From: Candidatus Entotheonellaceae bacterium
Lineage (GTDB): Bacteria > Tectomicrobia > Entotheonellia > Entotheonellales > Entotheonellaceae
Assembly: GCA_965238075.1 (NCBI GenBank)
Contig: OZ250173.1
Location: forward strand, 2,688,001-2,752,000
Reading direction: 5' to 3'
DNA: 64,000 nt
Shown here: in pieces, positions 29,598 to 39,819 of the stretch
How positions within the stretch are numbered: position 1 is the first letter of the stretch
How the letters are laid out: every line of letters starts with the position of its first letter
Notes under the pieces: model-generated
Told to the model about the DNA's origin: nothing
Databases searched by the model: none
What the model saw: the letters and a program-made list of their open reading frames with translations, nothing else
Program-made: the position numbers and the translations under genes

Positions 29598-32414
29598 TCA
29601 AGCGTTGAGCATGTCCCGCAAGACAGTTTGTAGAATCCCGCCATTCCGGTAGTACGTCACTTCAACCTGTGAATTGATCCGCACGATGGCCTGGAAGCGT
29701 TTCCCGGCGCCGGTCGCCACATCCCGAGCCCGCAGCGTCACTTCCTGCTGGGGCTGGATGTCGTCCCCAATCCCCTCGATGTCGTACACCTCAAAGCCCG
29801 TCAAGCCCAACGAAGCGGCGTTGTCACCGTCCTTGAATTGCAGCGGCAACACCCCCATGGCGACCAGATTGCTGCGGTGGATACGCTCGTAGCTCTCCGT
29901 CAGGACGGCCTTGACCCCCAGCAGAAAGGCGCCCTTGGCGGCCCAGTCGCGGGAGCTGCCGGAGCCGTACTCCTTGCCGGCGATCACCAGTAAGGGCGTC
30001 CCCTCCTTTTGGTACCGCACGCCAGCCTCGAAAATGCTCATGCGTTCGCCGGCCTCGGCGCTCCCGGCATCGGGCGGCAGATACACCGTGATGCCCCCTT
30101 CGGTGCCCGGGACAAGCTGGTTCCGCAATCGGATGTTGGCAAACGTGCCCCGCATCATGACTTCGTGATTACCGCGCCGGGCACCAAAAGAATTGAAGTC
30201 TTTGGGTTCGACACCCTGCTCGATCAGATGGCGACCGGCGGGTCCGCTCGCCGGAATCGAGCCGGCCGGCGAGATGTGATCCGTGGTTACGGAATCGCCG
30301 AGCAGCGCCAGCACGCGTGCCCCAGTGATGCCGGCTACCGGTGGCACCTCGGGCGTCAGGTCGGCAAAGAACGGCGGTTCCTGCACGTAGGTCGAGGCGG
30401 TGTCCCAGGCGTACAGCTCTCCTTCCGGCACGGCGAGCTTGGCCCAGGCGTCGCTGCCCTCAAAGACGGCGTCGTAGGCGGTCTCGAACAGTTCCGGGCT
30501 CAGCGCCTCCTGCATGGCGGTGCGGACTTCGGTTTGCGAGGGCCACACGTCGCGAAGGTAAACGGGGTCGCCGAGGGCGTCGTGGCCAAGCGGGTCGGTC
30601 TGCGGGTCGAAATCAACCGTGCCGGCCAGTGCATAAGCAACCACCAGCGGCGGCGAGGCCAGATAATTCGCCTTGGTGGCGGCGTGCACGCGTCCCTCGA
30701 AGTTTCGATTGCCGCTCAGAACGGCGGCTACCACCAGGTCATGGTCCGTGATGGCGTTGTTGACGCTTTCCAGAATCGGGCCGCTGTTGCCGATGCAGGT
30801 GGTACAGCCGTAGCCGATGGCGTGGAACCCCAAGGCTTGCAGGTACGGGGTCAGGCCCGCCGCCTGCAAGTATTGTGTGACCACCCGCGACCCCGGCGCC
30901 AGGCTGGTCTTTACGTACGCCGGCACTCGCAGACCGCGTTCGACGGCTTTCTTGGCCAGCAGCCCGGCGCCGATCATGACGGAAGGATTGGAGGTGTTGG
31001 TGCAGCTTGTGATAGCCGCGATGACGACCGAACCGTGGGTAATCGAGGTCGCCTCGCCGCGTGCCTCGACCGGTACTCGGTAGCCGTTGTACAGATCGCG
31101 GCGTTTGGTCAGCGGCTCCTGCCATGCCGCCGGCGCTTCCGCGTCGCCCTCTAGCCAGCTCCGGTAGTCCGATGACGCATCGACTTCGACCTGCGTATTG
31201 TAGCCGGCTGGCAGCGCCTGTCGGAACGTGCGGCGCGCCTCGCGCAGCGGCACGCGGTCCTGGGGCCGCTTTGGGCCGGCAATGCTCGGCTCAATCGTGC
31301 TCAGGTCGAGGTCAACCGTATCGCTGTATTCCGGCTGCGGGCTGTCGTCGGTGCGGAAGAGGCCCTGCTCCTTGGTGTATCGTTCGACAAGCTCCACGTG
31401 CGCTGTACTGCGTCCGGTTGCCCTCAGGAACTTTAGCGTTTCCTCATCCACAGGGAAAAAGCCAATCGTCGCGCCGTATTCGGGCGACATGTTGGCGATG
31501 GTGGCGCGGTCCGCCAAGCTTAGCTTGCTGATGCCGGGCCCGTAGTATTCGACGAACTTGTCGACCACTCCTTTGGCACGCAGCAGTTGCGTTACGGTAA
31601 GCACCAGGTCCGTAGCGGTGGCGCCTTCCGGAAGCTCGCCGCTCAACTTGACCCCGACAACTTGCGGCGCCAGCATGTAAAGCGGTTGTCCCAGCATGAC
31701 TGCTTCCGCCTCGATGCCGCCCACCCCCCAGCCGACGACGCCCAATCCGTTGATCATCGTCGTGTGAGAATCCGTACCGACCAGTGAGTCGGGAAACGCC
31801 ACCGTATCGCCACCATGCTGCCGGGTCTGCACAACGGAGGCGAGGTATTCGAGATTGACCTGATGGACGATGCCGGTCGACGGCGGGATAACCCTGAAAT
31901 TGGCGAATGCCTTCTGCCCCCAGCGCAGGAATTCGTAACGTTCGCGGTTACGCTCGAATTCCCGTTCGGTGTTGAACGCCAAGGCCGACAGCGAGCCGAA
32001 GCGATCCACCTGCACCGAATGATCGACAACCAGATCGACCTGGGTAATCGGATTGATGCGCTTGGGATCGCCGCCAAGCCGGTGCATGGCCGAGCGCAGG
32101 GCGGCGAGGTCGGCGACCGCAGGCAGGCCCGTGTAGTCCTGCAGCAGCACCCGCGAGGGCACAAAAGGGAGCTCACGCGAGTTCGGTTGCGCTGCCTGCC
32201 ACTGCACCAGGTCGCTGACGTCATCGGTGGAAGCGCCGAGGCCGTCGCACCGCCGCAGGATGGCCTCGAGGATGACCTTGAGGGAATAGGGCAGGCGCGA
32301 TACGGCGCCGATTCCTTCCTCTTCCAGCCGGTTGAGGCGATACATCACCGCCGTTCCGCTTCCGGTCTCGAAGACGACGCGCGAGCCGAATGGGTCCTGA
32401 TGGGGTTGGGTCAT
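29598..32414 (-). CDS. acnA: Aconitate hydratase A
   Basis: [54 protein letters not shown]. Confidence 0.98.
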   Translation of the reverse strand: MTQPHQDPFGSRVVFETGSGTAVMYRLNRLEEEGIGAVSRLPYSLKVILEAILRRCDGLGASTDDVSDLVQWQAAQPNSRELPFVPSRVLLQDYTGLPAVADLAALRSAMHRLGGDPKRINPITQVDLVVDHSVQVDRFGSLSALAFNTEREFERNRERYEFLRWGQKAFANFRVIPPSTGIVHQVNLEYLASVVQTRQHGGDTVAFPDSLVGTDSHTTMINGLGVVGWGVGGIEAEAVMLGQPLYMLAPQVVGVKLSGELPEGATATDLVLTVTQLLRAKGVVDKFVEYYGPGISKLSLADRATIANMSPEYGATIGFFPVDEETLKFLRATGRSTAHVELVERYTKEQGLFRTDDSPQPEYSDTVDLDLSTIEPSIAGPKRPQDRVPLREARRTFRQALPAGYNTQVEVDASSDYRSWLEGDAEAPAAWQEPLTKRRDLYNGYRVPVEARGEATSITHGSVVIAAITSCTNTSNPSVMIGAGLLAKKAVERGLRVPAYVKTSLAPGSRVVTQYLQAAGLTPYLQALGFHAIGYGCTTCIGNSGPILESVNNAITDHDLVVAAVLSGNRNFEGRVHAATKANYLASPPLVVAYALAGTVDFDPQTDPLGHDALGDPVYLRDVWPSQTEVRTAMQEALSPELFETAYDAVFEGSDAWAKLAVPEGELYAWDTASTYVQEPPFFADLTPEVPPVAGITGARVLALLGDSVTTDHISPAGSIPASGPAGRHLIEQGVEPKDFNSFGARRGNHEVMMRGTFANIRLRNQLVPGTEGGITVYLPPDAGSAEAGERMSIFEAGVRYQKEGTPLLVIAGKEYGSGSSRDWAAKGAFLLGVKAVLTESYERIHRSNLVAMGVLPLQFKDGDNAASLGLTGFEVYDIEGIGDDIQPQQEVTLRARDVATGAGKRFQAIVRINSQVEVTYYRNGGILQTVLRDMLNA

Positions 32415-33499
32415 GGAGCTAACCTCGCTGGCGTTGTAAACGTTTGGATGTTTACCGTTCTAATTCTTCTGGGGCGCTGACGTGAAGCCTGGGCCAGATT
32501 CTCCAGCATCGCCTCCGTCGTGTCCCAAGACATGCAGGCGTCGGTGATGCTCTGTCCGTAGGTCAACGACTGCACGTCGTCGCCAAGGGGCTGATTACCC
32601 TCGACCAAGTGGCTTTCCATCATGACGCCGAAGATGCTGGAGGAGCCGGAGCTGACCTGCTCAATCAGGGACTCCACGACGGCGGGCTGATTGGCGTGTT
32701 TATTGCGGCTATTGCCGTGGCTGCAGTCGACCATCACGTGGCTTTTCAGGCCGGCCGCATTGAGCTTTTCCGCCCCACTTTCGACGTTCTCGCGGTCGAA
32801 ATTGGTGCCGGCGTTGGAGCCGCGCAGAATCACGTGACAGCACTCGTTGCCGACGGTCTCGACGATGGCCGCAACGCCTTGCTTGGTAACACTCAGGAAA
32901 TGATGAGGATGCTGGGCGGCGCCAATCGCGTCGATGGCGATCTGGATGTTGCCGTCTGTACCGTTCTTGAAGCCGACCGGCATGGACAACCCGGAGGCCA
33001 GCTCCCGATGCACCTGGCTTTCCGTCGTGCGAGCCCCAATGGCGCCCCAGGAAATGAGGTCGGCGGTGAACTGCGGGCTGATGGTGTCGAGAAATTCCGA
33101 ACCCGCCGGTACACCCATGTTGCCGAGATCGAGCAGCAGTCGCCGGGCTTTGCGCAGCCCCTGGTTGATGGCGAAGCTGCCGTTGAGGTTCGGATCGTTG
33201 ATCAGGCCCTTCCAGCCCACCGTGGTGCGGGGTTTCTCGAAGTAGACCCGCATGATCACGCACAGATCGTCGCTCAGGCGATCGGCGCATTTGGACAGCA
33301 GCCCCGCATATTCAATGGCCGCTTCGGTGTCGTGGATGGAGCAGGGGCCAACAATGGCCAAGAGCCGGTCATCCTGGCCGGTCACGATGGCGGCGGCCTC
33401 CTGGCGGGCCCTGGTCACCGTTTCCGATGCCTTTTCCGTGATGGGCAACTCTTCCTCAATCAGCACCGCCGGTGGGATCAGAGGCCGGGGTTGAATCAT
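32411..33499 (-). CDS. aroG: Class I-alpha DAHP synthase, copy 2 (N-terminus replaced, Ser at the feedback switch, extended C-terminus)
   Basis: [42 protein letters not shown]; starts MIQP; stop overlaps the acnA ATG. Confidence 0.88.
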   Translation of the reverse strand: MIQPRPLIPPAVLIEEELPITEKASETVTRARQEAAAIVTGQDDRLLAIVGPCSIHDTEAAIEYAGLLSKCADRLSDDLCVIMRVYFEKPRTTVGWKGLINDPNLNGSFAINQGLRKARRLLLDLGNMGVPAGSEFLDTISPQFTADLISWGAIGARTTESQVHRELASGLSMPVGFKNGTDGNIQIAIDAIGAAQHPHHFLSVTKQGVAAIVETVGNECCHVILRGSNAGTNFDRENVESGAEKLNAAGLKSHVMVDCSHGNSRNKHANQPAVVESLIEQVSSGSSSIFGVMMESHLVEGNQPLGDDVQSLTYGQSITDACMSWDTTEAMLENLAQASRQRPRRIRTVNIQTFTTPARLAP

Positions 33500-33547
33500 G
33501 GAGCTAACCTCTCTGGCGTTACGAATTGTTCCGGCGCTTCCCGGAAC

Positions 33548-34615
33548 CTATTTCTTCTGACGGCGCTGGCGGGAAGCCTGGGCCAGATTCTCCAGCATCG
33601 GTTCCGTCGTGTCCCAAGACATGCAGGCGTCGGTGATGCTCTGCCCGTAGGTCAACGACTGCACGTCGTCGCCAAGGGGCTGATTGCCCTCCACCAGGTG
33701 ACTTTCCATCATGACGCCGAAGACATGGGCGGATCCGGAGCTGACTTGCTCGGCAAGGGACTCCGCCACAGCAGGTTGATTGGCGTGCTTCTTGCGACTG
33801 TTGCCGTGGCTGCAGTCGACCATGACGCGGCCTGCCAAGCCGGCCGCATCGAGCTTTTTCGCCACACTTTCGACGTTCTCACGGTCGAAGTTGGTGCCGG
33901 CGTTGGAGCCGCGCAGAATCACGTGGCAGTAATTGTTGCCGCCCGTCTCGACGATGGCCGCAACGCCTTGCTTACTAACGCCGAGGAAGTGATGCGGGCG
34001 CTGGGCGGCGCCAATCGCGTCGATGGCGATCTGGATATTGCCGTCCGTGCCGTTCTTGAAGCCGACCGGCATGGACAACCCGGAGGCCAGCTCCCGATGC
34101 ACCTGGCTTTCCGTCGTGCGAGCCCCAATGGCGCCCCAGGAAATGAGGTCGGCGGTGAACTGCGGGCTGATGGTATCGAGGAATTCCGAACCCGCCGGTA
34201 CACCCATGTTGCCGAGATCGAGCAGCAGTCGCCGGGCTTTGCGCAGCCCCTGGTTGATGGCGAAGCTGCCGTTGAGGTTCGGATCGTTGATCAGGCCCTT
34301 CCAGCCCACCGTGGTGCGGGGTTTCTCGAAGTAGACCCGCATGATCACGCACAGATCGTTGCTCAGGCGATCGGCGCATTTGGACAGCAGCCCCGCATAT
34401 TCAATGGCCGCTTCGGTGTCGTGGATGGAGCAGGGGCCAACAATGGCCAAGAGCCGGTCATCCTGGCCGGTCACGATGGCGGCGGCCTCTTGGCGGGCCC
34501 TGGTCACCGTTTCCGATGCCTTTTCCGTGATGGGCAACTCTTCCTCGACCAGCACCGCCGGTGGGATGAGAGGCCGTAGATTGGCGATTCGAAGATCGTC
34601 CGTCCGCTGGAGCAT
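33548..34615 (-). CDS. aroF: Class I-alpha DAHP synthase, copy 1 (intact DDLRI N-terminus, Gly at the feedback switch)
   Basis: Same catalytic motifs; MLQRTDDLRI; HHFLGVSK. The aroF/aroG labels are inferred from the Gly/Ser position only. Confidence 0.9.
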   Translation of the reverse strand: MLQRTDDLRIANLRPLIPPAVLVEEELPITEKASETVTRARQEAAAIVTGQDDRLLAIVGPCSIHDTEAAIEYAGLLSKCADRLSNDLCVIMRVYFEKPRTTVGWKGLINDPNLNGSFAINQGLRKARRLLLDLGNMGVPAGSEFLDTISPQFTADLISWGAIGARTTESQVHRELASGLSMPVGFKNGTDGNIQIAIDAIGAAQRPHHFLGVSKQGVAAIVETGGNNYCHVILRGSNAGTNFDRENVESVAKKLDAAGLAGRVMVDCSHGNSRKKHANQPAVAESLAEQVSSGSAHVFGVMMESHLVEGNQPLGDDVQSLTYGQSITDACMSWDTTEPMLENLAQASRQRRQKK

Positions 34616-34687
34616 GGGATGGTTTTCCTCTTCTGAGGTCAACAAATTGCGTGCCGTGCCATGGCAGTCAGGATATTAGAAGGCGCT

Positions 34688-34716
34688 ATGCTAAGTCCGA
34701 ATCCGCCATCGGTCAA
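34688..34716 (-). promoter_or_regulatory. Sigma70-like promoter for the DAHP synthase-acnA unit
   Basis: Minus strand TTGACC-N17-TAGCAT. Confidence 0.55.
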
Positions 34717-34818
34717 GGCACTGCGCGGGTGAAACGATTGATTCAACGATGCTTGGAACAACTGGAAGGAACGGGGCGTTAGCGGTGTGCCGCCGTCACG
34801 CCCCTGCAGACTTGTGGC

Positions 34819-35721
34819 TTACTTGATCGCACCCGCCGTCAGGCCGGAGACGTAGTAATCCATGAAGAACGCATAGAGCACGATGACGGGTATGGAACCC
34901 ACCAGGCAGGAGGCCATCAGCGAGCCCCAGAAGTAGATGTCGCCGCGCACCAGTTCCGTGAGCACGCCGACCGACAGGGTCTTCTGGAGCTCGTCCTGGA
35001 TGAACACGAGGGTGTACAGGAACTCGTTCCAGCACAGGGTGAACGAGAACAGCACGGCGCAAGCCACCCCCGGCAGGGCCATCGGCAGGACGATGCTGAC
35101 CAGGGTGCGCATGCGGCTGGCACCGTCGATGTAGGCGCATTCCTCGACCTCGAACGGCACGGTGCGGAAGTAGCCCATCAATAGCCAGGTGACGAACGGG
35201 ATCAGAAACGTCGGGTAGGTGAGGATCAACGACCAGTAGGTGTCGCGGATCGGTATGAAATCGTCGATGAAATTGATCACGTTGATGAGCGGCAGGAATA
35301 GCAGGGCCTGAGGTACCAGGTAGGTGATGAACACCGCCACCCCGAACACCTCGACGCCCCGGAAGCGCAGCCGGGCGAGAGCGTAGGCCGCCAGGATGCC
35401 CACCGCCACGGAGATGGCCGTCGAGACCGCGGTGACGATGAAGGTGTTGATCAGCCAGTGGTCGAAGAAGTGGGTGTTTTCAGCCAGGTAGATGTAATTA
35501 TCCAGCGTGATGCCGGTGGCCCAGAACGGCGAGGCCCCGAGGTTGTTGATCTCCTGCTTCGACTTCAGGGAGGTGATGAACATGATGTACAGGGGGAAGA
35601 GCGAAAAGGCAAGGTAAGGGAGGAGACTGGCATACGTCACAATCTCCTTACGGATGCGCCACATGGGCATTTTGGCTTTCGCCCCCAATCCCACCACCGT
35701 GCTGATTGCGCTAGACGCCAT
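34819..35721 (-). CDS. Carbohydrate (CUT1) ABC transporter permease, MalG-like
   Basis: EAA-like loop EVEECAYIDGAS, WNEFLY, C-terminal GLTAGAIK. Confidence 0.92.
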   Translation of the reverse strand: MASSAISTVVGLGAKAKMPMWRIRKEIVTYASLLPYLAFSLFPLYIMFITSLKSKQEINNLGASPFWATGITLDNYIYLAENTHFFDHWLINTFIVTAVSTAISVAVGILAAYALARLRFRGVEVFGVAVFITYLVPQALLFLPLINVINFIDDFIPIRDTYWSLILTYPTFLIPFVTWLLMGYFRTVPFEVEECAYIDGASRMRTLVSIVLPMALPGVACAVLFSFTLCWNEFLYTLVFIQDELQKTLSVGVLTELVRGDIYFWGSLMASCLVGSIPVIVLYAFFMDYYVSGLTAGAIK

Positions 35722-36748
35722 AGCCCGTCTCCTTTCGTACCATCTTGAGCTGGAGGATTACCACCAGCAGCAGGATGGGGAACAAGAAGAGAGAAATGGC
35801 CGCCCCGAGGCCGATCTCCTGATTGAGAATGCCTACCGTGAACGAATAGGTGGCAAAGAGATGGGTGTAGTTCATCGGTCCCCCGCGCGTCAGCACGTAC
35901 ACAATTCCGAAGTCGGCCAAGGTGAAAATGGTGGAAAAGAGAACGACCACGGCCATGACCGGCCGCAGCAGCGGCAGCGTCACGTGCCAGAATTTGCGCA
36001 GCGTGGAGGCGCCGTCTGTCTCCGCAGCTTCGTAGAGCTGCTCCGGAATGGACACCAAACCCGCAAACATGGTGACGGCAAAAAACGGCATGCCGCGCCA
36101 GAAATTCACGAAGATGACCGAACTCAGGGCCAGGTTCGGATTACCCAGCCATTGGTAGGGGCCGAGGCCGAGGAGATTGAGCGGCCAGAGGTTCTCCAGC
36201 AGCCAGTTGATGTGGCTGTAGGTCGGGTCCAAGATCAGCCACCAGCCCAGCGTCGTAAGCACGGTGGGCGCGACGAACGGCACCAGAATCGAGCCGCGAA
36301 TGAAGCGCTTCATCTTGGTCGCCCGTTGCATCAACAGCGCTGCCCCGAGCCCGAAAACGCCCTTCAGGACGACCGAAAAGATGGCGAACAAGAGGGTATT
36401 TCGCAGCGTCAGCAGGAAGATGTCATCGGCAAGCGACAGGTCCCAGAAAAAGCCTCTGAACTTGAGATACCAGGGCAGGTCCTCGCCCTCGTACATGATG
36501 CCGAAGAGGTACATGAAATTTGCCAGGCCGACCCATTGGCCCGGTTCGCCAATCATGGCGTCGCTCAGGCTGAACCAGATAGCTAAAAAGAAGGGGTATA
36601 CGACCAGGCAGGCCATGATGATGACGGCGGGCAGGATAAAGCCATAGCCGTCAAAGTCAGGGCCTAACGAGCGGCGCCAGCGTTGTCGATTTGCCGCCGT
36701 CAAGTCTCGACCGACAAGAACCTGTTCTCTTGTGTTGGAGATCGCCAT
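35711..36748 (-). CDS. Carbohydrate (CUT1) ABC transporter permease, MalF-like
   Basis: WVGLANF, LYEAAETDGAS, LTRGGP. Confidence 0.92.
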   Translation of the reverse strand: MAISNTREQVLVGRDLTAANRQRWRRSLGPDFDGYGFILPAVIIMACLVVYPFFLAIWFSLSDAMIGEPGQWVGLANFMYLFGIMYEGEDLPWYLKFRGFFWDLSLADDIFLLTLRNTLLFAIFSVVLKGVFGLGAALLMQRATKMKRFIRGSILVPFVAPTVLTTLGWWLILDPTYSHINWLLENLWPLNLLGLGPYQWLGNPNLALSSVIFVNFWRGMPFFAVTMFAGLVSIPEQLYEAAETDGASTLRKFWHVTLPLLRPVMAVVVLFSTIFTLADFGIVYVLTRGGPMNYTHLFATYSFTVGILNQEIGLGAAISLFLFPILLLVVILQLKMVRKETGYGV

Positions 36749-36856
36749 CCTTTGACCTCTCTTGGGAGTTGAAGAACGTCCTCCGGCAGGAGGGAAAAAT
36801 AACCGGCGCTGGTGGCGTCACCGCCAGCGCCGGGCAACTGCGACGCGACCCGTCGG

Positions 36857-38197
36857 CTAGCTGTGCCGCCGATAGAGCCGTTTCATCTGCTTTTCCGCCT
36901 TCTTCACCGCTTGCTCCGCCGTCATCCTGTCGGTGGCGCAAGCCGCCGCGGTGTCGGGGATGATGAACTGCCGCCACACGGTCTCGGAGGCGGCATTCGG
37001 GGTGCCCGGCCAACCCGGGGCGTGTGTGTACCAGCCAATGTACGGGGCGAAATAGTATTTGGAGTTCGAGGCGTAAATCGGGTGCATGGAGAAGGCACGC
37101 ATCAGCGGCTGGTTGTAGCCCTCGCTGGCGGTCAGATGCTTCTCCTGCTGATCCTTCTGGAAGTGGAAGTCCAGAAACTCCTTGGCGAGTTCCTGATTCC
37201 GGGAGAATTTCCAGACGCCGAGGGTGGCATAGGCTGCCGACATGTGGCGTCCGGCAGGCCCGGCTGGCGGCATGATGTGATTGATGACCTGATGGACCGG
37301 GCGCTCGGTGCCGGGGATCAGCGCATCGTCGTTGCGTGCCGAGTTGTAGGCGCTGATCGGGTTGAGGATCATGCTGCACTTGCCGGAATTGAGGCACACG
37401 TTGTTGTTGCGGTCGTCCCAGGCCAGCACTTCCTCTTCCATGGCGTCGTTGTACAGAGCCTTGATGAACTTGTACGCCTCGACCGCCTCCGGCGAATTCA
37501 CCGCCACGGTCTTGCCATCCTCTTCCACCAGCTTGCCGCCCCAGCTCCAGATGATGCCGCGCAGGATGTGGTTGGCGTCTTCCGAGTGGCTCAGCTGGAT
37601 GCCGATGGGGTGTCCCTTGGCCTTCAACTGCATGCCGATGCGGCGGACATCTTCCCAGGTGTCCGGCAGCGTCTCGCCGATCTCGGCGATGAGGTCGGTG
37701 CGCACAGCAATGGGGAAGGAAATGAAGAACCACGGCACCGCCCGGTAGTGACCCTTGCCGTCGCGCCCGACGATGTTGTCCGTCAACCCGCCGGCGCGTC
37801 GACCCACCTTTTCGACCAGATCGTCGAGGTTGATCAGGTGCTTCTTATACAGATCCGGCATGCCGACCCACAGGGCGGTGAGGTCGTGTCCCTTTTGTCC
37901 CTGCACCTCGCTGGCCAGCACCGCCGGGAGCTGCAAGTGCGCCACGCGGTCCATGCGCACTTTGACGCCGGCCATCTGGCCGAACTCTTCGAGTTGCCGC
38001 TTGAGCTCCTTGTCGGAGCTGGGCACGAAGTGCGAGAACGTGATCAGTCGCAGCTCGCGGTCCTGCCCGATGGCCGGAGGCGTTTTGGCGAGCAGCATGC
38101 CGGCGACCCCGGCAGAGGTTGCCACCGATGACCGTAAGAAGCTGCGCCGAGAGGCGGGACCAGTCAAACGGGTCGTCATCTCGTAGGGCGTTACCAT
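36857..38197 (-). CDS. Carbohydrate ABC transporter substrate-binding protein with Tat signal
   Basis: SRRSFLR Tat motif; LPDTWED, AVNSPEAVEA; GGAG RBS before ATG 38197. Confidence 0.88.
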   Translation of the reverse strand: MVTPYEMTTRLTGPASRRSFLRSSVATSAGVAGMLLAKTPPAIGQDRELRLITFSHFVPSSDKELKRQLEEFGQMAGVKVRMDRVAHLQLPAVLASEVQGQKGHDLTALWVGMPDLYKKHLINLDDLVEKVGRRAGGLTDNIVGRDGKGHYRAVPWFFISFPIAVRTDLIAEIGETLPDTWEDVRRIGMQLKAKGHPIGIQLSHSEDANHILRGIIWSWGGKLVEEDGKTVAVNSPEAVEAYKFIKALYNDAMEEEVLAWDDRNNNVCLNSGKCSMILNPISAYNSARNDDALIPGTERPVHQVINHIMPPAGPAGRHMSAAYATLGVWKFSRNQELAKEFLDFHFQKDQQEKHLTASEGYNQPLMRAFSMHPIYASNSKYYFAPYIGWYTHAPGWPGTPNAASETVWRQFIIPDTAAACATDRMTAEQAVKKAEKQMKRLYRRHS

Positions 38198-38274
38198 ACG
38201 ACTTCTCCACAAGTTTGAGGATGTTGGCTCGGGTTGGGGAATCCTGCTTCTATAGCATGGCGGCTTTGGGTGTG

Positions 38275-38616
38275 TCAATCGCTATCCGGCGGTGGTTGCG
38301 GCCTCCCGGCGGCCTCGAATTCCGCCTCGGTTTGAAGTCGTCCGCCGCGGATTTGGCGCTCGACGATTTGCATGCGGCGGTCGAATCCTAATGTGACACT
38401 GATGCGCTGGAAGCAGCGGTCGCCCACCACGTCTTTGTGCACGGTGTAAGCGGGTCCTTCCTCGCCGGGGTCGAGAAGGTTACTCGCCACGTCGTAACGG
38501 CGGTCGACGCGCACGCGGATGGCTTCGCCACAGCGGTCGCAGATCAGATGCAGCCACAAGGCGTTGTCCGCTTCCTGTCTTGGGGACCGTGCAAACAGAC
38601 TCCGCAACCAGCGCAT
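38275..38616 (-). CDS. Hypothetical protein with CxxC plus a third Cys (possible metal binding)
   Basis: GAGGAG RBS; ICDRCGE...GDRCF; co-oriented between the Ldh_2 gene and the ABC cluster. Confidence 0.65.
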   Translation of the reverse strand: MRWLRSLFARSPRQEADNALWLHLICDRCGEAIRVRVDRRYDVASNLLDPGEEGPAYTVHKDVVGDRCFQRISVTLGFDRRMQIVERQIRGGRLQTEAEFEAAGRPQPPPDSD

Positions 38617-38649
38617 CGCGTCACTCCTCACGGTTGCCGTCAGACGGCA

Positions 38650-39699
38650 TCAATTGACCGTGACTCCGTACTCGGCCGCCGATGACTTGATCTGGCTCCA
38701 GGTCTCGTCGTCAACCACAATGCCGTTGGCGCGGCGGGCCTGTTCCTGGCGGCTTTCGATCTCACCGGGCAGCAGGATTTCGCTGAACCCTTCCATGGTC
38801 TTGGCGCTCTTGACGTAAGCCGTTAAGTTGTCCACCTCTCGGATAAAGTCCTCCAGCGGGGTGAAGGCCGAGATGTTGAGCACCAGCATGAACACGCCGT
38901 TACCGCTGCGCGTCGGGTTGGGGTGAGCGCAGCCGGCCCGTGTCAAGGCACCGCTGAGAATTTCGATGACGAGTGCCAGGCCGTAGCCTTTGTGTCCCTC
39001 GCTCAGTCCGCCGAGCGGCAAAATGGAGCCGCGCGGCGTGGTGTAGAGATCGTTCGGGTCCGTGGTCGGGACGCCCTGGTTGTTGACCAGCCAGCCCATG
39101 GGCGTCGGCAATCCCTGGTTGCGCTTCACCCGCACCTTGCCTTCCGCCACCACGCTGGTAGCGATGTCGAGCACAATCGGCCCGTCCTGTCCGGTGGGAA
39201 TGCCGACGGAGATGGGATTCGTTACCATGCGGCCCTCAGCGCCGCCGAAGGGCGCGACAATGGCGCCGGCGCCGTGGCCGTTGACCGTGGTGATGCCGAC
39301 CATGCCGCGCGCCGCGGCCATAGCGGGATACTCGCCCAGGCGTCCGATGTGATTGCAGTTGTGAATCCCCACCGAGCTCACCGCCTGCGTCGCGGCCTTG
39401 TCTATGGCCATTTCCATGGCTCGCGTCCCAGCCGTCTGGCCGTAGCCCCAATTGGCGTTCAGAACCACTGTCGCAGGCGTTTCCTGCACCACGTCCAAGT
39501 CCGCGTCGGGCACGCAGTTGCCTTTCTGGACGTCGCCCAGATATTGCGGGATGCGGATGACCCCGTGAGAGTCATGTCCCATCAGATTGGCCGTCACCAG
39601 ATAACGGCTGATCAGGCCCGCTTCCTCGCCAGAGGAGCCGGCGCCCTGGAAAATACGTTTGCTCGTTGCTTCGAGTTCTTCCGCCTGCAAAGTTGGCAT
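38650..39699 (-). CDS. Ldh_2 family (malate/L-lactate/sulfolactate-type) dehydrogenase
   Basis: GHDSHG, NHIGRLG, TNPIS, LDIATS, GHKGYGL, ILLPGEIE. Confidence 0.92.
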   Translation of the reverse strand: MPTLQAEELEATSKRIFQGAGSSGEEAGLISRYLVTANLMGHDSHGVIRIPQYLGDVQKGNCVPDADLDVVQETPATVVLNANWGYGQTAGTRAMEMAIDKAATQAVSSVGIHNCNHIGRLGEYPAMAAARGMVGITTVNGHGAGAIVAPFGGAEGRMVTNPISVGIPTGQDGPIVLDIATSVVAEGKVRVKRNQGLPTPMGWLVNNQGVPTTDPNDLYTTPRGSILPLGGLSEGHKGYGLALVIEILSGALTRAGCAHPNPTRSGNGVFMLVLNISAFTPLEDFIREVDNLTAYVKSAKTMEGFSEILLPGEIESRQEQARRANGIVVDDETWSQIKSSAAEYGVTVN

Positions 39700-39819
39700 G
39701 CGTAGGTCCTTCCTGAATATGTCGGAGGAGGAGGAGTAAGAGTTGTGTGGGGTAATGTGCGGGCAGTGTAACAGGGCGACTCCGGTGCGGCAACAGCCCG
39801 GCACCGGGTTTGCGCGGGC

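Noticed and set aside
9726-32414. Reductive TCA carbon-fixation cluster (ppc, korAB, acnA)
   Set aside because: Genes are not one operon, and no citrate-cleaving enzyme or fumarate reductase is present; all fit ordinary central metabolism
32609-34579. 656-aa plus-strand ORF with an internal repeat
   Set aside because: Antisense shadow of the two DAHP synthases; its repeat simply mirrors the duplication
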